This document shows, in pieces, positions 37,011-48,640 of a stretch of DNA of 64,000 nucleotides; the first letter of the stretch is position 1, and each line of letters starts with the position of its first letter. Source of the stretch: Felis catus. Lineage: Eukaryota. The translations under genes and the position numbers were made by a program. The stretch lies in NCBI RefSeq assembly GCF_018350175.1, contig NC_058368.1, positions 98,706,001 to 98,770,000 on the forward strand, in the 5' to 3' direction. A model generated the notes under the pieces. The model saw nothing but the letters and a program-made list of their open reading frames with translations, had not been told where the DNA came from and did not search any database.

Positions 37011-37759
37011 GAAATGAATTTTTAAATATTTGGTTTTCTCATACTGACAGCTTTTTTTAAAGCATGGGTGAATTCCAGGAAATGGTTCAGAACAGGTGAA
37101 TAATTGCATATCCTTGTGGGTTCACACTAATATGATTCATGTATAACTATATATAGCAATGTGTACAGACAAAAGCAATATGTGTTCCAAGAATGTACTT
37201 TGAAATTTTAACAAAGAAATCCAAACCAGAACATTCTTATATTTTCATCTCAAATGTCCTGTTTAAAGCCCTGCAGTGTTCATATTGAGAAGGCAGTAGC
37301 ATATGAAACCTCAGTAAGCAAAGGCTATAAACTCTGAAAAATGTAGAAGCTTAAGAGGCACTGTTTTATTGAGGTCTAGAGGATGACCTTAGCCCATCCA
37401 TCCTCCCTGTGGACAGTAACTTGATTAGCACATTAGTTCAGTTTTGAGGAAATAAAATAGGAGCAAAGAAATAACACCAATGTGTTCTCCAAGATAATTT
37501 TTAGTTGTGTGTGTTTCTTCTGTTTTGCAACATTGGCATCTTCCTGGAATTTTTGGGAAATACCATTGCATGATCATTGCTTTCTGGGACTTTTGCAAAC
37601 CTTGCACAAGCCAGTGCAACATTAAACAACACACAGATGTTTAGTTTGGTAATGTTTGCTGTTTTTCTTCCTCTGTTAACAATGCTGGATTTCTGTTAAG
37701 GGGGTAAAGAAGGACACACAAGGGGGAGTGGCAGGCCATACAGTACAAAGTAGCAACCC

Positions 37760-38230
37760 TCATTTATTGAGTAATGGCCATGTGGCAGGAACAAACAATG
37801 CTGAGAGCTATATTTCTCTTATTTAATTCTCCAGCAGCAGTGGAGATGCTATTATTATACAAAATTTTACAGATGCAGAAACTTAAGGAGTTACTAACTC
37901 ACAGAAATTCACACTATTATAAAGTGGCTGGGATGTAACTTTTTAAAAAAATTTTTTAATGTTTTTATGTATTTTTAAGACAGAGAGACAGAGCATGAGT
38001 GGGGAGTGGCAGAGAGAGAGGGGGGGGGGGACACAGAATCTGAAGCAGGCTCCAGGCTCTGAGCTGTCAGCACAGAGCCTGACGCGGGGCTCAAACTCAC
38101 GAGTTGTGAGATTGTGACCTGAGCTGAAGTTGGGCTCTTAACCACCTGAGCCACCCAAGTGCCCCTGGGATGTAACTTAAAGCCAGTTCTTTTGGAATCT
38201 GGAGCCAAACTCTTAAATGGTATGCTAATT
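37760..38230 (-). mobile_element. MIR interrupted by a CanSINE
   Basis: CATTTATTGAG and TTTTACAGATGCAGAAACT. Resumes after 38165. Confidence 0.65.
37942..38165 (-). mobile_element. CanSINE nested in a MIR
   Basis: TSD TGGGATGTAACTT. Confidence 0.95.
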
Positions 38231-38314
38231 TGTGAATGAAAAAAAGAAAGAATGAGGAGAAAGGAAGAAGACAGGATAATAAAGACCAGCTTAATTTAAC
38301 AATATTTCATCATT

Positions 38315-38495
38315 GGGGTGCCTGGGTGTCGTAGTCAGTGAAGTGTCCGAGTCTTAATTTCGGCTCAGGTCCTGATCCCATGGTTGTGGGATCGTGCCCC
38401 GTGTCATGCTCCATGCTGGGCAAGGAGCCTGCTTAATTCTCTCTGTCTCTCCCACTCACACACTCTTTCTCTCTAGAATAAAAATGAATAAATAA
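38315..38495 (+). mobile_element. CanSINE (older)
   Basis: Head, (CT)n and A-tail. Confidence 0.9.
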
Positions 38496-39024
38496 AATAT
38501 TCTATTATGAAAGATACTATCTTCCATTATCATATATTAGGTAAAATAACAGGAAATGTGAAAGAAAAAAGTCAGCTAGACACCCACATCTAAGGAACCT
38601 CTTCTGTTGCCCATACCAGTTATTATGCTGTGCATACATTTGCTTGATTGTGGTCCTTTGATATATGTGCTTTCATTATTTTCTCACTAAACATTATGCT
38701 TTCAGTATTTTCTGTGGTGCTATAAATCTTTGTAAACAATTTAGTGTTGTATAATACCACATTAAGAAAATGAGCCATAATTTAATTAACTGTATTTCTA
38801 TCTGGGGACATTCATTTGTTTGCTGTGATACATAATACAAGTATGAACATCAGTATTCATAGACCTTTTTCCCAATTTGGGATTAATAGCCTTCTCTGAA
38901 TATCCATTTTATAGGAAACTTTTTAAATATTTGGTCCTTGACAGAATATTTATTTTAGAGATGGTGTATTATATCCTTTTCAGCCTGACACTGTGACTTT
39001 CCTTGCAATAAATTGTATATCATT

Positions 39025-39265
39025 GTTTTAATTTAAGTATAATTGACATACAGTATTATATTAGCTTCAGGCATACAACATAATGATTCAATACTTGTAT
39101 ATATTGCTAAATGATTACCAAAATAAGTCTAGTTAACATCCATCACCACACAGAGTTACAGAATTTTTTTTTTCCTCATGATGAAAACTTTTAACATCTA
39201 CTCTCTTGGTAACTTTTAAATATGTGATACAGTATTATTAACTATTGCTGCTGTGCTGTGTATCA
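39025..39265 (-). mobile_element. Old L1 3' end fragment
   Basis: AAGTATAATTGACATACAGTATTATATTAG...CCATCACCACAC is an antisense L1MA/MB-type 3' terminus. Confidence 0.75.
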
Positions 39266-40607
39266 CTGATTTTTAAGATAAAGCACCTCAGTGTTATTTT
39301 TTTCCTAAAATCTTAGAAAGCTAATGAGCTTCTTTTCCACAACTATAATACCTGTTTTATTTTTTTTAAACTCTTCCTTAGTCTTCCTTTTAACAATACA
39401 AATCAGAAATATTCAAATGGAGATTTACTTTTTCCACAAAGGGCGTGCTGTGTTCATCACCTTTTTATTTTAAGTTATCCCTTATCACCTTCAGGCTACT
39501 TAGGCTTCTGTCAGAGCATTTACTACTCTATTCTAAATCCCAAGCTGGACCTGATTATCAAAATTATTCATTGACATCAGTCCTTTTGCATGGAGAAAGA
39601 GAGATGGCCAAAGCTTTCTGGGGGTGGGGTGGGGAGGTACCTTGTACCTCTTTAAACTGAGAGAAAGGGCCACAACTTTTTTGGGAAAGAGACTGTTCAA
39701 TGAAATTCTGTCTTAGCAGATGAAGTTCTGGTCATAACTTGGCTTCCTGAATTTGCATGTGTTTTGTCAAAATTAGTAAATTCTACATGAAATATTAGAA
39801 GAGGATTATTTTTCTACTTTTATGTCTATGTTGTAAATTTGGGCACCCCTAAAATTTGAATACGATTAATGTCAGTAAGAAATTTCAAGGTTTAATATCC
39901 TGACCTACTCCAAGTACAGATTATCACGTACAATGAATATGATGTAATTGGCTGGACACAGTGACAGTGTGAGACAAAGAACCTGCTGTAAATGTCTTGA
40001 ATACCATTGTGAAAAGAAGATGTATATATCATAATAATTATGTGTAAACCTGGACCTAGTAAACACTTATATTTTTAATGAATTCTCACAGCAACCTTAG
40101 GAGCTAGATGAAACTTTCAGCCTCATTTCAATGGATAGGAACACTGCATTATGTATGAAAAAGCACATGATAATCCAGGAAGGAGATGGGCTTATTTTGA
40201 TGTGAGCAGTATGTTATTTAGCAGATTGGAGTGAGATCTTCCAAGGGGGAGTGTTCTGTGAACACCTGTAGAATATCTGTAGATGGTGGGTGACTGGGTT
40301 GCAAAGGGCTTAAGATGAGCCATAGGTTTAAGGATAAGTGGGAGAGAATTCTAAGAACAAAAACTGAGTGAATGAAAGCTTGTTTCAGAGGAGTATTTTT
40401 ATGAGTCAATTTTAATAGAGGCAAGGGTTTATATAGGTAAACATAAATTCAGACAAATGCATGAAGACTTCATTGTGAGAAACTATGGAGTAGAGGTGTC
40501 TGGAGTTTACAGTGTTGTACATTTTCTGCCAAAGAGAATTCACATGTCATTTCACACAAAAAGAAATAAGTTTACAAAAAAACAACAGTAACAAAACTAT
40601 GCTCTTC

Positions 40608-40863
40608 GAGGCCCCTGGGTGGCTCAGTCAGTTAAGCATTTGACTTTGGCTCAGGTCATGATCTCATGGTTCATGAGTTCAAGCCCCACATCGGGCTCTG
40701 TGCTGATGGCTCAGAGCCTGGAGCCTGTTTCAGATTCTGTATCTCTCTCTCTCTCTGCTCCTCCCCTGCCCCCACACTCACTCGCTCCCTTTCTCTTGCT
40801 CTCTCTCTCTCTCTGCCTCTCTCTCAAAGATAAATGTTAATAAAATTTAAAAAAACAAAAAAA
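40608..40863 (+). mobile_element. CanSINE
   Basis: Head, (CT)n and A-tail. Confidence 0.94.
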
Positions 40864-41168
40864 CCTTTACTCTGCAAACCTTGTTGGAGAAATAGAGTTA
40901 AAAACATAGGGAAAGATTGTAGATGGCTTTAAAAAGCAATCTGAAATCTTCTATCACTTAAGTTAGCATTTTCTGAATGATTTTCTTATGTCTTCCATAA
41001 TGGTAATATCTGTTACAGGAATGTGAAACTCAGAATGGTTATTTGCAGATAGTCTTTCAATAAAAAAAGAAAAAAAGAAAAGAAAAATTGCCCAAAGAGT
41101 ATGAGGTCTCAGACTGACTTAAATCTAGTTGCAAATTGATATTCCAAAGACTAGGCAGCCTGCCAAGT

Positions 41169-41630
41169 CTATTTTGATTATTCATTGCCTCATAACAAAT
41201 CATTCCGAAACTTGGTGGCTTCAAACAGCAATAATCATCCATTATCTGTCATGGTTTCTGTGGGTCTCAGCTAGAAGACTCAAATGCTGGAGGTTGGGAT
41301 TATGTTTACATTCAGTCACAGATCTGGTGGTAGCTTTTGCTATGGCTATTGATTGGAATGTCCACATGGGGCCTCTTCATCTAGCCAGGGATTCCTCACA
41401 ACATAGTGGCTGTGTTCCAGGAGCAAGTGTCTCAAGTTAGAAGGTGGGCCAATCTGAGGTCATTTTGCTTTTTATTACTCAGCCTCCGAAGTCACATAGC
41501 CTTGCTTCTTCTAAAAAATTATTGATTGAGGCAGTTATAAAGGTCCACCCAGAGTTTAGGAGGAGAGAACATAGACCTCACCTCATTTCATTGGAGGATT
41601 GCCATCACATTTTAATGGAAGTGTGTGGGA

Positions 41631-41681
<51 letters not shown>

Positions 41682-41710
41682 TGCCTTTGCAGAAAATACA
41701 ATCTGCCACT
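41169..41710 (-). mobile_element. Old MLT1-type MaLR LTR containing (GT)n
   Basis: CATAACAAATCATTCCGAAACTTGGTGGCTTCAAACAGCAAT start and AAAATACAATCTGCCAC end. Confidence 0.75.
41633..41680. repeat. (GT)24 microsatellite
   Basis: Directly visible. Confidence 0.98.
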
Positions 41711-42598
41711 CCATCTGAGGGTTCTAAAAATTGCCACAGCCTGGCAAACCAGGTAGGAAGCAATGAGTCACGTTTGTCTCCTGGAGGTATTTTATGAAAC
41801 ATGGCACGGGTTAGGGCAACTCACAAGAAGAGACTTTTATACTGTCCCTCTTAAGTGCATACATTTTAGTATTTGTATTGAGGAATTGGGAATTTTCCTT
41901 GTGAATATGACCAGAAACAGAGCTAAAAATAAAACAACCAGGTCCAGGATGAAGTAACTGTGTCAAGAATGGCATTGAAATTGTTTGTAAACCTCATGAG
42001 ATTTGGTCCTGTTGTTCTGCCAAAGCTAAGATGAGCTGCCTGACACAAAGGAAACCCCAGACATTGGTAGATGCTTCAGAATTATGTGGTTTGTTGCTTG
42101 GTGACTGCCTCCTAAATGCCAGGCACCCTGACTCTAGGCCTACCCTCTGGTCGTCAGTGTTAGGGCACATTCTCAGCTGCCCTGATGCAGCAGTTGTAAA
42201 CACATAGGCATTTGATTCAGGATGTCCCAGGTATTTGAGGGATTTGTTGGAAGTTTCAGAAATTGTCTTGACTCTTTTTTATTGGCCAAGTGTAACACAT
42301 TAAATATCTGGTGTGGGTCAAGCACTGTTTGCTACAATGGAGATGTTAAAATGTACCAGGTCCTCCCTGTTCAGTAACATACCTAAGGGAAAGAAGGCAT
42401 GCAAATAGGCTGTCTCACCACAGTAAGTGCAGTGCCCTGATACAAAGTCATAGAAAGGGAGGTCTTCTAGGCAGAGGGAAAAGCCCTTGAATAGAGACAC
42501 AATGTCCCAAGCAATTAATTATAAATTATAGGATAACGTAGAATGTGATAGGAGTTGAGGCTAGTGAATTAAGGAGCATCTAGGACATAGATAAATAG

Positions 42599-42618
42599 TT
42601 TATTCATTTTTTTTTCTT

Positions 42619-42675
<57 letters not shown>

Positions 42676-42796
42676 CCTAAGCAGGCTTCATGCTCACTGA
42701 AGAGCCCGATGTGGTGCTCAATTCTGTGAACCTGGGATCATGACCTGAGCCAAACCAAGAGTCGGACACTCAACCGATTGAGCCACCCAGGTGCCC
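42599..42796 (-). mobile_element. CanSINE (older) with expanded (GA)n
   Basis: T-tail, (GA)~25 and antisense head. Confidence 0.92.
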
Positions 42797-43330
42797 AAGA
42801 TTTTATTTTTGAGGGGCATTGCCTGAATTCCACACATACAATGTCTTCACTTTTTTGAGTTCTGATTTAGAGTCTGGGTAAGCAGTTTTTACAGGATGAT
42901 ATCAAAAATTATAAAATTCAAGAATCAGAAAGAATCTTAGAGGTCATGCAATACCTTTATAATCTAATTAAATGCACAGTAATAATTTGCTCCTTGAAAT
43001 GTATCATAGTTGATTAATAGAAAAGTTAATTGCTGAATTTTTTTTCTTACTCTTACTCTTGAATTTTTAAAAAGTATTTTATGAATGCTATTTGGAATTT
43101 GCTTTACTGTGTTTATATTGCTTTTTCTACTCAACATGTAGTGTCTGATTTGATGCTCGTGCAATTTTGTTTAGACAGTCACATAATAAATTCTCTGCAT
43201 TTTACAATGGAGTAAAATGTATTTTTGATGAGTTATGAATAGCCTATGATCAAAATTTAGCAATTACACAACCAGGAGTAATAGTTCTGACTTCTGATTC
43301 AAATCACATGTTTAAAATGAAGCTACTTTT

Positions 43331-43538
43331 GGGGCACCTGGGTGGCTCAGTCAGCCAAGTGTCCCACTTCAAGCTCGGGCCATGATCTGACGGTTCATGG
43401 GTTTGAGCTCTGCGTCAGGCTCTGTGCTGACAGCTCAGAGCCTGGAGCCTGCTTTGGATTCTGTGTCTCCCATTCTCTCTGCCCTTCCCCTGCTTTCTGT
43501 GTGTCTGTGTATGTATCTCTCCCTCAAAAAATAATAAT
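43331..43538 (+). mobile_element. CanSINE
   Basis: TSD TAAAATGAAG(C/G)TACTTT. Confidence 0.94.
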
Positions 43539-44321
43539 AAAATGAAGGTACTTTCTTCCAAAATAGCAGCCATCAGTGTTTGTTAAGAGCATACTTTTTA
43601 GAAGGTCCTCTGGAAGCAACTGTCATGTTATCTTATTTAATCCTCCCAGTGATCCTGTGAGACAGATAGTATGCTACAGGAACCAAGACTCAGAGACATG
43701 AGGTCATTTCCATCATGATCAGGACAGGATGGGACTGAAACAGGTCCCCTTGGAATCCGTGTTCCTAGCTTTTCCACCTCACCAGATTGGCTCCCCTGTT
43801 GTCCTCAGTCTTTCAAAAGTATTTTGTAAAATAAAACAGCCATGTATTTACTTTCCCCCCATGGGAAATGAAAGGTTCAACTGTTAAAACAGTCTAAAAA
43901 TCAATTGACTTCCAAAAGCTAAATAAGAACAAGGCAGACATGTCAATTTTACTTCTGGGCTTGAGGGAAGTACATTTTCTTAGTGAAGTGAGCCTAATTT
44001 TTTATTAATCAAATTTTAAGTCAATAAAAAAAGCACCACACATCACTACACAATAGTGTAAGAAAATTGTGCTGATTTAGGAGAATGAAGGAAGAGGATT
44101 TTTCTGTTCAGTTAAAAATAAAGCTTACTTTTTGTTTCTCTCCCCTAATATTTACATTCCATTAAGAATGTCAGCTGTGTTATTCAACACATCAAGGTAG
44201 TGTTTCCAGCTGAGCATATGTGTTTCAGGTACTTGTTAACAGATTACCTTCAGTTCTGGGATCCCTATTATCCTGGAATTTACTCTCTACATAGAGAAAT
44301 AAAATACAGAAGTAGATTTTC

Positions 44322-44761
44322 TTTTTTATTTTTATTTATTTATTTTTTTAAATATGAAATTTATTGTCAAATTGGTTTCCATACAGCACCCAGTGCTCAT
44401 CCCAACAGGTGCCCTCCTCAATCCCCATCACCCACTTTCCCCTCCCTCCCACCCCCATCAACCCTCAGTTTATTCTCAGTCTTTAAGAGTCTCTTAAGGT
44501 TTGCCACCCTTCCTCTCTATAACTTTTTCCCCCCTTCCCCTCCCCCATGGTCTTCTGTTAAGTTTCTCAGGATCCACATTAAGAGTGAAAACATATGGTA
44601 TGTGTCTTTCTCTGTATGACTTATTTCACTTAGCATAACCCTCTCCAGTTCCATCCACGTTGCTACAAAAGGCCATATTTCATTCTTTCTCATTGCCATG
44701 TAGTATTCCATTGCTAATATGCCAGAACCCATTGAAGCAGCACCACAAGCCTGGAAGTGTG
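44322..44761 (-). mobile_element. 5'-truncated, 5'-inverted felid L1 (3' end on minus, 5'UTR sliver on plus)
   Basis: 44322-44713 is the reverse complement of the L1 3' end. 44713-44761 matches the 5'UTR of the full-length copy at 57030-57077. Confidence 0.9.
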
Positions 44762-45301
44762 TTATTTGTTTGTTTGTTTGTTTGTTTATTTATTTATTTA
44801 TATAATTTATTGTCAACTTGGTTTCCATGAAACACCCAGTGCTCATCCCAACCGGTGCCCCCCTCAGTGCCCATCACCCAGCTTTCCCTCTCCCCTGCCC
44901 CCCATCACCCCTCAGATTGTTCTCATTATTTAAGAGTATCTTATGGTTTGCCTTCATCCCTCTCTGTAACTTTATTTTCTCCCTTTCCCTCCCCCATGGT
45001 CTTCTGTTAAGTTTCTCAGGGTTCACATATGAGTGAAAACATATGGTGTCTGTCCTTCTCTGCCCGACTTATTTCACTTAGCATAATACCCTCCAGTTCC
45101 ATCCACGTTGCTGCCAATGGCAACATTTCATTCTTCTTGTTGCCAAGTAGTATTCCATTGTATGTATAAACCACATCTGTATCCTTTCGTCAGTTGATGG
45201 ACAGTTAGGCTCGTTCCATAATTCGACACATCTCCAAAGGTAAGGGAATTAAAAACAAAAATGAACTTTTGGTACCTCATCAAGATAAAAAGCTTCTGCA
45301 C
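44762..45301 (-). mobile_element. 5'-truncated, 5'-inverted felid L1
   Basis: 44762-45223 is the reverse complement of the L1 3' end with a (TTTG/TTTA)n tail. 45223-45301 is sense ORF2 sequence matching 61135-61213. Confidence 0.9.
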
Positions 45302-45379
45302 CGTAATCTTGAACTATAATACATGTAATGACTCTTGATCTGGGATTAAGATATCCATCTCTCATTCTCCCTTATTTCT

Positions 45380-45601
45380 TTGTTTTAAATATGTTTTTTA
45401 GTATTTATTTACATTTGGGAGCCAGAGAGACAGAGTGCAAGCAGGGGAGGGGCAAAGAGAGAGGGAGGCACAGAATCTGAAGCAGGCTTCAGACTCTGAG
45501 CTGTCAGCATAGAGCCTGACGTGGGGCTTGAACCCATAAAGTGCAGGATCATGAACTGGGACACAGTCTGATGCGTAACCAACTGAACCACTCAGGCACC
45601 C
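45380..45601 (-). mobile_element. CanSINE
   Basis: TSD TTATTTCTTTGTTTTAAA. Confidence 0.94.
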
Positions 45602-45649
45602 CTTTATTTCTTTGTTTTAAAAAATAATAGGAGAAAAGTCCTAGTAAAC

Positions 45650-45800
45650 TTCCTAGATTAGATTCCTGGCTCTACCATTTTCTAGCAATGTGACCTTAGA
45701 TTACTTAGCCTCTCTGGGCTTCAGCTTTATCTTCAGTAAAATAGGGATGATAATAATAAAACCCACTTTAGACGAGTATTATAAGGATTACATGAGTAAG
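45650..45800 (+). mobile_element. MIR
   Basis: TCCTGGCTCTACCA...TGTGACCTT...TAAAATAGGGATGATAATA. Confidence 0.75.
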
Positions 45801-46384
45801 CTTTTTATTTTAATAAAGAATAAAAATTAAGCTCATTAGCCTGGTTTTTAAGGTTTTTTTTTCTATTTAATTTAAAGACACTTCATTAAATATATATTAA
45901 AAATGTGTATTCCTCTTAACCTGGACGAAGCCTAATTTTCTGAGTGTTCCTTATTGGCTCCTACTTTAACACCTTTCCAGAAGTGATTGTCTTTAACCAG
46001 AACACGTCCACCTACTTCCCCCTGATTAGGATCTAATAATTTTGGTATAACCTAGCCCAGCACAACGATCATACCTATAAATTCTCAATGTATAGAAATG
46101 TCCAACTCTATGCACACTTTGTTGCCTTTTCTCACAGGCTTAATCTGAGGCTGTGGATTTTGGCCAGTGATCTTTAGACTATCTGGCCAAAAGGCCACAA
46201 CCCAAAAGAGACTGGGCTTTGAATTTGCCTGCCAAGAAAGGAACTTAGAACAGAGAATAGCTTCGCTTTATATGTATGATGGTCACCCTGCCTTCCTTTT
46301 CTACTGAAAGCATTTCTGTGGTTCACAGTTGATTTATTTATTTATTTTTAATCCTTTTGTCTAGAATCTTCAGCTCATATGCGT

Positions 46385-46625
46385 TGTTTTTTTTTTTTTT
46401 TAACATTTCATGGAGATATGATTGGCATACAGAAAGCTACACATGTTTATTTTATCCTTCTTGTTGATTTGGGGTTTTCTCACACCTCTGAGATGATCAC
46501 CACAAGCAGTGCCGTAAACATATCCATCACCTCTGAAAGTTTTCTCCTGCCCTCTTTTTATACCATTATTTTTTGTGATAAGAACACTTAATAGAATATC
46601 TACACTTGTGGCAAAATTTTAAGAG
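46385..46625 (-). mobile_element. Old L1 3' end fragment
   Basis: T-tail followed by antisense L1 3'UTR sequence (AACATATCCATCACCTCTGAAAGTTTTCTC). Confidence 0.7.
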
Positions 46626-47049
46626 ATACCTGCACTCCCATTTCAGCTTGTGTTTTGTTCCCCATCTAAGACATGATTTTCAGAAAGCACTGTAAGAATA
46701 TGTACCCCCCTCAGCAGAAAAGAAACAAAAGATAAGTGATGCTATCAGATGCTCTCTTACCAGGGCCTCATTCCTCAACCTCTTCTCAGCTGGATCCCTC
46801 CAGATCCAGCTCAGATTCTTGATTCTTTCTCTTTTACTCCTCTGCCTCTGAGAGCCTGTGGCAAGTTGTGACCAGCTGCATCCTTGCAGACTTGTGTACT
46901 GAAGTCACTTGTGCGCTTGACTTGTCCCCCTAAGAAATAGCCTCTTGAGAGTGGTTTGCTTTGTTTACCTGTTTTCTGTAAGTCTTTTGCCAGTAAGAGT
47001 TTCTTACTAAAGATTTCAGTTTATACTTAATCTCTAATTACTGTTAGTA

Positions 47050-47240
47050 TTTTTCAGTGTTTATTTTTGAGAGGGGAGTGGCAGAAGGGGAGAGAGAGAG
47101 AGAATGAGAGAGAGAATCTTAAGCTGACTCTGTGCTCAGCACAGAGCCCCACGCGGGGCTCTGTCTTACAACCCTGGGATCATGACCTAAGATGAAGTCA
47201 AAAGTCGGACCCTTAACTGACCGAGCCATCCAGGAGTCCC
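47050..47240 (-). mobile_element. CanSINE (older)
   Basis: T-tail, (GA)n and antisense head. Confidence 0.9.
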
Positions 47241-47689
47241 TTATGGATATTTTATGTTCATTTTGTAAAGTCTGGTTCTACATTAAAGTTTTAGAAAATG
47301 TTGCTTTCTTCAAAAAGCTGCTGACTTATAAGAAGTAGCTACATGTATAGAATCCTTAGCAGCTAACAATGATACTAGAACTGTGATGAGGAACTTGAGA
47401 TCAGATCGATCTGGGTTTATACCACTGTGAGGTTGCTTCTAGATATGTGACCTCCCCAAGTTCCAGTTTATGTAAGTGTGAAATGGAGAGGAAAAATTTT
47501 TAAATAGTTTAGTGAAGGTCAAAGGAGACCTTGACTGTGAATTCAAGTGCCAGACTCACCAGGAACATCCAATAAAGATTAGGCATTATTATTATTACTG
47601 TGAACAAATATGAATATAAATAAATGCATACTCATAATTATTCATCACCATTCTGGTTTATAGTAGTGCACCACAAAGAAAGCTTCTCT

Positions 47690-47900
47690 GGGGTACCTGG
47701 GTGGGTCAGTCATTTGAGCATCTGACTTCAGCGTAGGTCATGATCTCACAGTTCATGGGTTTAAGGCCCACACTGGGGCTTTGCACAGACTGCACGGAAC
47801 CTGCTTCAGATTCTGTGTCTCCCTCTCTCCCTGCCCCTTCCTTCCCCACTCGCACTTTCTCTCTCAAAAATAAAAACTTAAAAAATATATTAAAAAAAGG
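47690..47900 (+). mobile_element. CanSINE
   Basis: TSD AAAGCTTCTCT. Confidence 0.94.
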
Positions 47901-48426
47901 AAAAAGCTTCTCTGATCTTCATCTGTTACCTATTTTGTATTCTTTAGATTTAATCTGATAGTATTTCAAACTATTCTCACTTACAGTATTATATTTTTTT
48001 ATAGTAAGTCCTTCATTAGCAGAGAATATATCTCTTCTTCTGCCACAATCATTGTATTAAAGGCTGTATAAATATTTTTATAAATGGTTATAGCCCAGGA
48101 TTGATTTATAACAAGTAGACAATATATCTCTTTTTTACAGTATTCTGAGAATTTTCTGCACATTATAGAGTAAAATATGAATTTCATTTAGTTAATAAAT
48201 ACAGTACTTGTTTTGGGAGGTATAGTGAAGTAGTTTGTGTATGCATTTGTTTTCTTTTGTTTTTTAATTATCTGTACAATGACTCCCTCTCTCCCTTTTG
48301 TGCTATAATCCCATGGATGGTCTAAGTGTCTTGGGTTTATAAGTTATGTTGGATGCTTTTAATTTTCAGGATTATAGAAATTGCTATATAATATCAGGGT
48401 AAAAGTGATTTTAAAATAGTAAAGTT

Positions 48427-48640
48427 GGGGCACCTGGGTGCCTCAGTAAATTAAGCATCCAATTCCTGATTTCGGCTCAGGTCATGATCTCCTGATTGTG
48501 AGACCAAGCCCTGCAACAGGCTCCATGCTGGGTGTGGAGCCTGCCTAAGATTCTCTCTCTCTCTCTCTGTCCCTCTGCCCCTCCCCCTGTTTACCCCCTC
48601 TCCCTCCCTCTCTCTCTCTCTAACTAAAATAAAATAAAGT
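48427..48640 (+). mobile_element. CanSINE
   Basis: TSD TAAAATAGTAAA / AAAAATAGTAAA. Confidence 0.93.
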
